Of a stretch of 27,318 bases of DNA, positions 9,386-18,623 are shown in pieces (positions within the stretch are counted from its first letter, which is position 1; each line of letters opens with the position of its first letter). The translations under genes were made by a program, and so were the position numbers. This DNA is from Paramicrosporidium saccamoebae KSL3 (Eukaryota > Fungi > Cryptomycota). The notes beneath the pieces are model-generated. The model was given only the letters and a program-made list of their open reading frames with translations. It had not been told where the DNA came from and searched no databases. The stretch spans positions 113,194 through 140,511 of the forward strand of contig MTSL01000050.1 in assembly GCA_002794465.1 (NCBI GenBank), given 5' to 3'.

Positions 9386-11668
9386 ATGAGCTCGTCCTCT
9401 TTGGCGCTGATTGAAAACTGGGGCATCTTTTTCAATGAAAACTCGGACAAGACTGCTCTTGAAAAGCTTTCCATCCAATCAGTACAAACTAGTATTCACG
9501 AACTGTTCGGTATCATTGAACAAGAGTCGTGGGACTTTTATGATGAACAGCAACAACTGATTAATGCGTTCATAGCCACTGCACGGCTCCGCAATCTGCT
9601 AATCCTATATGGTCTTGAACTATCCACTTCAGCTATTAGAAACATCGACATGCGAATCCGCTCCATGTTTGCCGTTTGGACTGCCAGTTTGCAGAAGAAG
9701 ATGATTCCCCGCCCCGCCAATTTGGGCGATTTTCCCTGCTTCTCTGGGCTACTTGCATACTTTAATAATTTTGTCCGGTCTTTTTCCATTTCCAGCAGTG
9801 TCCGAGGGACGGAGTCTATGCTATTACTGGGTTGTGGAACTAACACGCTGGGACTGGTCGATCAGATCGGCGACTTTCTAATCGTAGCCATTAGCCATGC
9901 ACACGACCATTTCTTACTGAACGGAAATAGAGAAAGACTGATGGAAGAGTATAAAAACATCATGTTCAAGACGATGGGGAGATTGAGGCGACATGTGGGA
10001 TGTGCTCGGGTATTGCGTCAGTTGGCATCCATCTCCTCGCTACTAAATGCTCCTGATCAGGTTGCATTGCAAGAATTCACAGATTACCTAATTGTCACTG
10101 GCAAATTTACTCGAACATTGCAAGATGATGGGTCTGTGCAGTTTGTGTCAAACTCTCTAATCAGAGATACTGCCAAATATGCACTTTTCAAGTATTCTAC
10201 AGTGGATCGATCATCAACCTTTTTTGATGAATTCCGCATCACTGTCGACACTACCAAGCTGGCAGTCACAGTCGAAGGACGCAATTCGTGGGCCAAGGAC
10301 CGCTGGGTCTCTGAGATTACTTCCAAATTCCGCCTCTCCATCGTCCGTGCGCAAATGGCCTCTGTGGCCACGCTGAACCAATGGATGGGTGATGTGCAGC
10401 ACCGATTAGAGACTATTGTTCTCATTATGATGTGGGGAGTTCATCTTGTTAGGAGGGAAAGCTTGCTGGAATTGGACCCGACCTTTGTCTTAACGTGCTA
10501 CTATTACTGTTGTTCGTTTGCCCTGGATACTTTGGAGACTGCTGATGGTGCCATTTCGTGTATCACAAAAGATTTGTGGCGTGCGACTGGAAGAAAGATT
10601 TGTTCTTGGATCGCTGCATCGGCGTCGTTTTGGCATTCTGAATCGCCCAAACTTGCCATGGAAAACACTCTGCTAGCCCTGAATCATCTGGCGCGATATA
10701 TGCACGTCTGTCCTAATAACAATCTTATCCCGTTCAACAGCCTTTGCTCATCATTGCAGAGGCTTCAGGCCGTTGTTCTATCCCCAGCGGCAGCCACTCA
10801 GAGTAGCGAGCTTCTTGCCCACTTTCTTGACTGTTGTCTTGAACGTTGCCGTAGCAATTGCAGCAATTTCGTGTCACCCATAAAAAATACAAAAGGCACT
10901 GGAATCAAGTTCCCCACCATTATTGGTGGCGGCACATATGGCATTGTTTACAAGTGCTTTGATCTCAAACTCAATTCCGCCATTGCCCTTAAAGAAATTC
11001 GTCTCTCTAAAGCCAATGGTAATCTTGCTGAAGAGGTATGCTATCTCAAGTTTCTCAAACACTGCAACATTGTGGCCTTCCTGGACGCAGTCACTACAGA
11101 TGAGGCAGTGTATCTCAAGACGGAACTCTGCCAAGGCGGATCGCTTCTTGATCTTATTACTGCCGGCCCACCTCCTGACTCTCTAAGCTTTAGAAGGATC
11201 ATGGTCCAAATACTGTTGGGATTGACGTTTCTACACGGGAACAACATTATTCACGGCGACTTGAAGCCGGGAAACATTTTGCTAGATCGATTTGGAGTGG
11301 TCAAGCTGGCAGATTTTGGGACGTCGCATTGCCTTGCAAAGGACAGACAGGCATTTCCGATGGGCACGCTCCCTTACATGGCGCCAGAAGTCATATTGGG
11401 CGGCCAAGCCACCCATAGTTCAGACATTTGGTCCCTAGGATGTACGCTCTTCCAATTGGCCACTGGGCTTGCACCTTATGCGGAATGCGAAGGGCTTTGC
11501 CAGACCCTGCTGACCATTTCCCAAGGAAGGTTATTTGATCTGGCTCCGCTTTACAAAGCCCCACTAGAACCATGGATTCAGCAACTGATCTGTTCCTGTC
11601 TCTCCTTTAATCCAATCGAACGGCCGCTGACCACCATCCTGTTGCTCAACAATAACCTTTATGGATAA
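9386..11668 (+). CDS. Ser/Thr kinase of STE11/MAP3K type (SSK2/Wis4/MEKK4-like), non-RD, about 760 aa; paralog 2, intronless
   Basis: IGGGTYGIVY, AIALKEI, TELCQGGSL, HGDLKPGNIL, DFG, GTLPYMAPE, SDIWSLGC. The N-terminal region aligns with paralog 1 (WTASLQKKMIPRPA vs WTSDLKLRVCPRPA; NSWAKDRWVSEI vs HSWVKDKWVSEV). First true ATG is at 9386. Confidence 0.88.
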   Translation: MSSSSLALIENWGIFFNENSDKTALEKLSIQSVQTSIHELFGIIEQESWDFYDEQQQLINAFIATARLRNLLILYGLELSTSAIRNIDMRIRSMFAVWTASLQKKMIPRPANLGDFPCFSGLLAYFNNFVRSFSISSSVRGTESMLLLGCGTNTLGLVDQIGDFLIVAISHAHDHFLLNGNRERLMEEYKNIMFKTMGRLRRHVGCARVLRQLASISSLLNAPDQVALQEFTDYLIVTGKFTRTLQDDGSVQFVSNSLIRDTAKYALFKYSTVDRSSTFFDEFRITVDTTKLAVTVEGRNSWAKDRWVSEITSKFRLSIVRAQMASVATLNQWMGDVQHRLETIVLIMMWGVHLVRRESLLELDPTFVLTCYYYCCSFALDTLETADGAISCITKDLWRATGRKICSWIAASASFWHSESPKLAMENTLLALNHLARYMHVCPNNNLIPFNSLCSSLQRLQAVVLSPAAATQSSELLAHFLDCCLERCRSNCSNFVSPIKNTKGTGIKFPTIIGGGTYGIVYKCFDLKLNSAIALKEIRLSKANGNLAEEVCYLKFLKHCNIVAFLDAVTTDEAVYLKTELCQGGSLLDLITAGPPPDSLSFRRIMVQILLGLTFLHGNNIIHGDLKPGNILLDRFGVVKLADFGTSHCLAKDRQAFPMGTLPYMAPEVILGGQATHSSDIWSLGCTLFQLATGLAPYAECEGLCQTLLTISQGRLFDLAPLYKAPLEPWIQQLICSCLSFNPIERPLTTILLLNNNLYG

Positions 11669-13306
11669 ATGCCTTTTCGTGCAACCACAATGCTAAAGGT
11701 TTCTACTGGAATGCAATTTACGGAAGATGATACTCCTTCCTTTACCTCGTGCAATTGCGACCACACAAAGCGAGAGAATTCTGTTGGAATACTTGATTGC
11801 GGGGGAACATTTGGTTGTGGGAGAGCACTTCAACTCATTGGGATGTCCAATTGCGAAAAGCCGCCTCAATATATCAATGCGGCCTGCAAGCCCAGCATTC
11901 ACGAGCCTGTCTCGATTGAGGATTTAATTCCAAAGTATTCCCACTCAGTACGACTGACACTTAGTGTCGTAGAAACTTCAATCGCTACCGTTGGCGAGGG
12001 ACTTTGCAAGGCAGAGGCCGAGGCGATTCGCTCTAATTTAATTCGACAGCAAGAACAAGTATATTTTATGATGGCTGCCCCAACTTTTATAGTTCCGCGA
12101 ACATCGAATTAAAGAATTCAGTCGAAAATTGGAAAAGATACGTTCCATGTATGACTATCTGACGGCGGAGGAGGTGTTTGAAGTATTAGGATTGTTTAAT
12201 GACGACGAGGATCTTGTGGTCCTGGAATTGACAAAGCCCGAAACTCTTTCGGCGATACGCAAGTCGGTTGCTCTCAAATACACTGCCATCAATAATGTCA
12301 AAGCTGGTTTCATTTCCCAAGGTCCATTAATTGATAGAGAATCTGTCCGAGGCACAGCGGATGGCACAGAAGACTTTACTAGAGCGCCGTGTGCAGTCGG
12401 CAGAACGTGGATTTATTGCCACCAACCGACGTCGCAAGTAGCAGGATTTGTGCACTGTTGACATTTAGAGTTTACAAGTGTGAGGGTCGATTACGTCTGG
12501 ATGATGCCGTTGCACAGTTGGATACCAATTTGGAGGATGCCATGAAAGGCTGGTCCACCGCCCGCGTTAGGGCCTTTAATGCGCTCAAGGATAAGCCCAA
12601 TACGTATTACTATCGATTCAATGCACCGGGTGAGCAGCAGCGCAACGGTGCTTGGACCAGCGAGGAACACCGTCTTTTTATGAAGCGGATCGCCGAAGTT
12701 GGTGCCGACGGGCAATGGGGCATCTTTTCCATGTCCATTCCGGGACGTGTCGGCTACCAAGTAGGCCGCTTGGGATCTATTGGTGATATTTAGTGCGCTA
12801 ATTACTACCGGAAATTGATTCAAGAAGGAAGAGTAACTGACGAGAATTATGTCATTGATCAGAAAGGAAAGGCGCATTATGTATTCGGAACCAAAAGCAA
12901 AGAAATCCGTTTGCAAGAAAAATCACTGAAACGCCCAAATGCAAAAAGAGTGCGATCACAGAGTATTTCCAGTGAATCGGAACAAGAGGCGACAGTCGTC
13001 TCTCCGCTAACCTTGGAGAGTGAATGCGAGGAATCCCAAAATTCCTGTCCAATAAATCCACGCAATGGTGATATCAATCCGCTTCCTGGGTTCATTGATT
13101 TCGTCACCAGACAAGAAGTGACAAGACCTGCCATCTCGCCGTACGGACATGTGCTCAGCTACGATACATGGTTACGGTGTCTGTGTACTGGAGACCGTAG
13201 GAACATTTGTCCCTTTACCAATCAACCACTCTACAAACGACAACTCGTCATTCTCACCGAAGATAACGTGTTCAGCTATCGCGACATGATCCAGCAGTCT
13301 TTATGA
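11669..13306 (+). CDS. SANT/Myb-like plus C-terminal U-box protein, 5 exons, about 502 aa (start codon uncertain)
   Basis: Four ORF-track fragments join through phase-consistent introns 12059-12092, 12307-12337, 12438-12468 and 12761-12793. Myb-like GAWTSEEHRLFMKRIAEVGADGQWGIFSMSIPGRVGYQ|CANYYRKL; U-box-like FIDFVTRQEVTRPAISPYGHVLSYDTWLRCL...CPFTNQPL. Confidence 0.8.
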
Positions 13307-13321
13307 GCGCGAATGGATGTT

Positions 13322-13519
13322 GGGCCTATTAGTGAGCGAAAATTTTTATTAAAGACGCCATTGTAGACTATCGCTCACGGTGCTATTGTGACGTAGAGGC
13401 AGAGGGTTGATTAGTTGCTGGGTATTTGAGGACAGTGAAATGTGCATCCCTACTATTCTAGGATTAGCAGTGAATAAACCCTCCTTCCCGTCCATACTAT
13501 TTATCCCCGCTACGCAACA
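13322..13519 (-). repeat. Dispersed intergenic repeat family, copy B (198 bp, internally shorter than A and C)
   Basis: The reverse complement reads TGTTGCGTAGCGGGGATAAATAGTATGGA...TTATTCACTGCTAATCCTAGAATAGTA...TGCACATTTCACTGTCCTCAAA...CTAATCAACCCTCT...CTACGTCACA...AATGGCGTCTTTAATAAAA...CTCACTAATAGGCCC, colinear with 5527-5832. Confidence 0.9.
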
Positions 13520-13644
13520 CTATGTATACTGAGTGGTGGATCAAAGACGTCAAGAGTAATTAGAGACAAGAAACGGCAGAGACAGGTAATGGCAGAGGTG
13601 AGAAAATAAAAGACTGACGTTCCAATCTATCTATGTTTTAGCAT

Positions 13645-13661
13645 CTTCCCCGCTACGCGAT
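13645..13661 (-). repeat. Dispersed repeat family, isolated 5' block (fragment E)
   Basis: The reverse complement contains TCGCGTAGCGGGGA, matching the start block of copies A, B and C; same strand as B and about 130 bp from it. Confidence 0.5.
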
Positions 13662-13743
13662 ATGATATATGATATGCTGTCGCACATAAATGAAATTGTT
13701 TTCCATCTGTCCTTAAAGGGCAAATATTTACGCGTCGACAACC

Positions 13744-15423
13744 ATGCGGTGTCTGAGTGTCCTTGTGCTGGCCAGCACTGCCTCTCTCGCCTCCAGCCTC
13801 GAATTTGTTGCTGTTCCATCTTTTGTCAGTTTGGCTGATGAGTAGTATACGGACAATGGCCCGCCAGCCTGTGGACCTGTTTTTGCACCGGGATTCTGGG
13901 TTCCTGGGCGTGTGCCTGCGTCTGTAGATTGTACCATAAGGGATTTGTCTTACCGGTAGTGAAATTACAGCTTATGGATGCCTCACCTGACACGCCATTT
14001 GGCTATGTCATCTACAATTACGATGATGAGGAATCTATCGGCTACAAGCTGCCTGGCGAGGTTTGTGTCGGTTACATCTAAGGTTATAGAGCACCAAAAT
14101 GCTATTCTGCTCAACCGCAACGATTGGAAAAGGGCCGTGCACCAAAGAAAAGGTGGGACAGCTCATGACTGATGAGAAGCGACCCCCCAAACACCAACTC
14201 CGCAAAGACTGGATCGACTCTTCAAGCGGGAATGCCTTCACCACCAAGACCTCCTTTCCCGTCAAGGAGACTGGATATTATTGCCTCCGAATTGCCAACC
14301 CGAATGCAGGCTCATTGGATGTCAAGCTGAATTTTATCAATCCATATGGAAAGATGCCGCCAGAGTTTTTCCCCCTACTCAAGGTCTCCATGTTTTTATT
14401 CGTGACGTACGCGATGGGATTGTTGGCATGGATTGTATTGTCGGTGAAGCATAGGAAACATTTGGTTTCTCTACAGAATTACATTGGAATTGTCATTGGA
14501 CTGTCATTGATTGAGATGGGAGTGATCCATGCCTTTTACTATCACTTTAACGAGACTGGCGCTCCTTGTAAAATCCTGGTGCGATCGCTAATGTCTAGCC
14601 AATACAATGATGCTGCTCACTTCGGTTTTCAGTGCAGTCAGGGCTACTGCAGCGCTATTCTTCCTTCTTCTAGTCAGCATGGGCTATGGTGTTGTCATGT
14701 ATGCCGATGCCCCATGGCTAATGATGTAGGGCTACTCTGGGTGACAAGTCCAAATCTGTCTATGCCTTGACATTGGCTCATCTCGGATTCTCCGTCTTGA
14801 ATGCGCTGGCTGGGGTTTCTATTCGGAATCAAAAAAGCCTTTTAATTCTGTTGGCTTCTGTGCCCATTTCTGTAACATACACCATCTTTTTTTCCTGGAT
14901 CCTCAATGGACTGTCGGCCACCAAGGAAAGTTTGACGGTACGTAAGCAGAGTGCCAAGCTTGGGATGTATGAACAGCTGACTTGGGTTCTCTTTGGATTC
15001 TTTGGTGCGGCCTGTTTCTTTATGATTGGCGCCGTCTTTGTGATTATCACTTATAACAACAGTCAATCCTGGTATGCCTCTCACTGGAACTGGCTCTGGT
15101 TCTTTTCTGCGGGCTGGCCAATGTTTCTCAACTGTCTCGCCTGCATGGCCGTTGGCTGGATCTTCCGTCCGCAGGCATACAACCGCAGCTACGGGATGAA
15201 TGAAATATCCGAGTTTCCCCTTGACGAGGAGGATCTCGATAACCGTGCAAACATGGCCCTTGATACATTGCGAGCGCATCGCCGTGGCACTGAGGAGTAT
15301 GGAAATCTTAGCGGAAGCATGGATGAGCTCGAAGGACATTCCCGATGGAACACGGGAAGCTTGCAAGCATTTGGTAACGATGATGACTCGGGAAGTGAGG
15401 AGCACGTACTGTCAAAGAAATAA
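13744..15423 (+). CDS. PTM1: PTM1/TMEM87/GPR107-family (LUSTR, GOLD-domain seven-transmembrane) protein, about 6 exons
   Basis: Signal peptide MRCLSVLVLASTASLA; lumenal VIYNYDDEESIG and FPVKETGYYC; NPYGKMPPEFFPLLK; HRKHLVSLQNYI; LLLVSMGYGVV; IFFSWILNGLSAT...KLGMYEQL; WIFRP. Introns at about 13813-13845 (donor ambiguous), 13931-13959, 14061-14089, 14568-14598 and 14699-14729. Confidence 0.85.
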
Positions 15424-15450
15424 TCCATTAAATATTTGTTTTCAACATCC

Positions 15451-15765
15451 ATGCGCATGATTATATCTGCGGCGCGACATTTCCTACAAAGACCAGCACT
15501 AGTCCTTTTTAGGAATGCATCAGGTCTTTTACGACCCACCCTACAGAGTGCATCAAGCCTTTTTCAACCTATCATGCAAAATACATTCAAGTTCCCAATG
15601 CACCTAATACCCCTCCGCACCTTCAAGATAAAATCCAGCGTTCGTCTCCGCTGTCCCCAATGCTACTTTGCACGACGGCAGGGCACACTGTTTGTGCGGT
15701 GCAAGTTGCATCCGCGCCACAAACAGCGTCAGGGCCGAGCCACGCGTAAGCAGCAGGTCTTTTAA
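15451..15765 (+). CDS. RTC6: Mitochondrial ribosomal protein bL36m with an N-terminal presequence
   Basis: FKIKSSVRLRCPQCYFARRQGTLFVRCKLHPRHKQRQG is the L36 signature with intact C-x2-C...C...H zinc ligands. The leader is Arg/Ser/Leu-rich and lacks acidic residues. Confidence 0.9.
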   Translation: MRMIISAARHFLQRPALVLFRNASGLLRPTLQSASSLFQPIMQNTFKFPMHLIPLRTFKIKSSVRLRCPQCYFARRQGTLFVRCKLHPRHKQRQGRATRKQQVF

Positions 15766-18449
15766 TAAATGTTGCCTGCGTACATGGTGGATGGATCGGG
15801 CTGCTGGACCAGCTTCTGGTGGAGTAGGGTGAGTGTGTCGGTCCAGTGTGAATAACGTTGGTCGGTGGAGAGAGAAGTGATACTGGGAGTCAGTGCGACT
15901 GCAGTGATGGTGGAATGATGAGCCTGTGCATTAGTGTGTTGCAGATGAAGATTGTGGTCCAATATGGCCAACATTCCATCATCGCCACCCGTCAGTATTC
16001 GTGTTTCATCAATTGCAATTGCATTAATTCCTGATTGATGCACTTTTAATGAGCCCCTCCCCTCCAGCTTTGTCATGTACAGCGAGGATTTCGCCAACAT
16101 TTCATCATCGCCACAAGTCAGTTCTTGTGTTTCATCAATCGTAATTGCCGTAGTTTCCGATTGTTGTACCTTTGAATTTGTCCTTTCCAACGTTTTCACG
16201 GATAGCGAGGATTTCACCAAGAGACCATCGGTGCCACCCGAGTAGCAAATAATCTCATCTCCGACAGTCTTTGTAACCACTTTTAAGCAGCAATGTCCTG
16301 GGTGAGCTTCAAGCTCCGCCAAGTAGACGAAATTTTCATTATCAAACATCCACGCCCGGAGAAACGAATCGGAATATGCAGCAACAACTCTGTTGCCTGA
16401 GACGACCACGTCCATGACTCGTGCTTCTCGCACCCGAGACGCCAACGGCGCAGCTGCAATTTTGCAAAGATGAGAGTCGGACCATCGCCAGCAAGTCAGC
16501 TCCTCGCCCGATCCCCCCACATAGACGAGATTGTGTGCAACAGCAAGGCATTTGATTCCAGAACTGTGTGCAATGATCGTGTCCAAAATTCTTAGCTTCG
16601 AGTCCATAACCACCAATCGCCCATCCTCGCCACCCGTAATGATCGTCTCATCATCAATATGTGCGGATGCGCGTATTTCGGCTCCATGCAGCGGCTCTTT
16701 GATTATCCGCGAAGGAATCTCTTTTAGGAATGTATGGAATTTATATACCTTTCCCAGCCGAATAAATGCAAAAATGCACTCGTCGTCCACAAGTGACAGC
16801 GACCAGAAGCGATGTGCACCACCCGTTGTTAGCCGAACTATCTCTTGCTTGGTAGTAAAGTTGTACAGAAAGAAACTGGTGCCCTCGAATCCTGCTATCA
16901 TTACACGTCCGTCTGGCAGGATGAATACTTTTTCAAGCCAACTCTTGGTCAACTTGTGGCACCATTCCAATTCTAGCTGGTCTCCCACCCGTTTGTATGA
17001 AGACAGTTGTCCATTCCGATCAGTCATCAATAGTTTTGTGTCGACGGTGGATTGAATACAGGTAATTGCCTCTGTTGAGATTCTACCCAAGTCTTTGATT
17101 TCGTTGCTGTCAATGCCAATGTGCAATACTCTTCCATCGCGACTCCCCAGGAGCAAACAGTTTTCGTCCACAATGATTGATGACTTTATGACGGTACTTT
17201 CGATACTTAGGGGGATGACTTGGTATTCATTGTTCGTCGTATTGAAACGAATAATCGATACTTTTCCATCTCCCGCTTGAACCAATATGATACAGTGTGT
17301 TAACATCCATGCTTCAATGTAGACGATGCGAGAAGCAAATTTGCAGTCGACGGAAAACACAGAGTTGCCGTTTTGGATTATTAGCATACCAGACAAATTT
17401 CCAATCAATAATAAGCTGTCGATTGTCTTTAGCACGGCATTTCGTTTAATGTCGTCTGGTGGAATGAAGCAATCAAGCCCCTCCACAGTCCCATCAGCGA
17501 GTAGAGTGACAAGGGATCCTAAAGGGAGGATTGAAAAACATTTTGGTTCTACTGATTTAGAATACGCCATCAACTGCGGCACCGGCTCCTTAATAGACTT
17601 CCATAGCCGAACAGAGCCATCGTCGCCGCCGCTGGCAATTACATCCCCCCGCGTTGCCAATGCCCAAATGTTCATGCCAATATGCCCGTTAAAAAGTCTC
17701 ATACAATCACCGGTCATCTCATCCCACACACGGACCGTAAAGTCTTCAGCTGCTGTGACAATCTTTGTGTCCATACAAAGTACTCGCCAGACTCGGGATC
17801 TGTGGCCAACGGCAATCCACTCGGCCTTGGTGATTGTCTCTGGAAGGATTATAGGAAGCGACCATTTCCTCAGGGTGCGATCGTCAGACACTGAAAATAA
17901 CGCTTTTCCATCCGAGGCGCTGCAAAGACCAAAAATGGATCCTTCGTGGCCCTGTATACTACATCGTTTCTGCAAAGTTGAATTATCCTTGTCGACTTGA
18001 TAAATTTCTATTCCATGAAATACAGTGCCCATTGCAATTAAAATTTCACTGCGAGCTGAAATCACAGTTGCCGAGTATAGCAAAAAGTCTTCCTCGAGGC
18101 AATGCCGGCTTAAGGTCTGGAGCTCGGGATCCAGTATGAACACTTGTCCATGGGCCAAAACCACCATAAAAGTCATCTCAACTATGCTCACATGGACTAT
18201 TCGGTCCGGCAAAGTAGTTCTTGTTCTTATTTCATTGTCTAATACATGAACAAGCTCACGGCCACCACAGGCAAGGAATCCCTCGAAAGCCGGCATGATG
18301 CTTGACACTGTCCCCTTTTTCAATACTTCTATTGTATGTCTAATATCTTTACCTTTTGTATCCCAAATCTCGATACATCTTCCGGAACCGACTGCTAGAC
18401 TATCATCGGCTAAAAAGAAAAGCGCCGTGATGGACAGCCTCCCATTCAT
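15762..18449 (-). CDS. WDR6: WD40-repeat protein WDR6/Trm734(Rtt10), cofactor of the tRNA 2'-O-methyltransferase Trm7
   Basis: 895-aa ORF with many WD repeats and family-like motifs GHEGSIFGL, SVSDDRTLRKW, GHRSRVWRV, HIGMNIWAL, TGGAHRFW, HGAEIRA, TGGEDG, HQSGINAI and TGGDDG. Confidence 0.8.
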   Translation of the reverse strand: MNGRLSITALFFLADDSLAVGSGRCIEIWDTKGKDIRHTIEVLKKGTVSSIMPAFEGFLACGGRELVHVLDNEIRTRTTLPDRIVHVSIVEMTFMVVLAHGQVFILDPELQTLSRHCLEEDFLLYSATVISARSEILIAMGTVFHGIEIYQVDKDNSTLQKRCSIQGHEGSIFGLCSASDGKALFSVSDDRTLRKWSLPIILPETITKAEWIAVGHRSRVWRVLCMDTKIVTAAEDFTVRVWDEMTGDCMRLFNGHIGMNIWALATRGDVIASGGDDGSVRLWKSIKEPVPQLMAYSKSVEPKCFSILPLGSLVTLLADGTVEGLDCFIPPDDIKRNAVLKTIDSLLLIGNLSGMLIIQNGNSVFSVDCKFASRIVYIEAWMLTHCIILVQAGDGKVSIIRFNTTNNEYQVIPLSIESTVIKSSIIVDENCLLLGSRDGRVLHIGIDSNEIKDLGRISTEAITCIQSTVDTKLLMTDRNGQLSSYKRVGDQLELEWCHKLTKSWLEKVFILPDGRVMIAGFEGTSFFLYNFTTKQEIVRLTTGGAHRFWSLSLVDDECIFAFIRLGKVYKFHTFLKEIPSRIIKEPLHGAEIRASAHIDDETIITGGEDGRLVVMDSKLRILDTIIAHSSGIKCLAVAHNLVYVGGSGEELTCWRWSDSHLCKIAAAPLASRVREARVMDVVVSGNRVVAAYSDSFLRAWMFDNENFVYLAELEAHPGHCCLKVVTKTVGDEIICYSGGTDGLLVKSSLSVKTLERTNSKVQQSETTAITIDETQELTCGDDEMLAKSSLYMTKLEGRGSLKVHQSGINAIAIDETRILTGGDDGMLAILDHNLHLQHTNAQAHHSTITAVALTPSITSLSTDQRYSHWTDTLTLLHQKLVQQPDPSTMYAGNIY

Positions 18450-18623
18450 CTAAGAATAAATGTGTTATTATGTGGAGTTTTAACACACTTGACTGGTTCT
18501 TGGTTGAAAATGGCTCAACCTCTTTGATATCATTCAGGGACACTCGCCTTTTTAGTCAGAGTGTCACTATGCGATGATTGCATCCATATTTTAATAGGGG
18601 CCGAAAATAAAGAACTAATTTCC

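Noticed and set aside
11669-11679. Shared ATGCCTTTTCG start with kinase 1 (6658), suggesting a third kinase relic
   Set aside because: Similarity ends after 11 nt, and the ORF splices in frame into the Myb/U-box gene.
15690-15790. Extra WDR6 3' exon extending antisense through bL36m via a GTACGC donor near 15783
   Set aside because: The putative intron would be only about 25 nt, the extension shows no recognisable WDR6 C-terminal motif, and the existing stop gives a plausible end.
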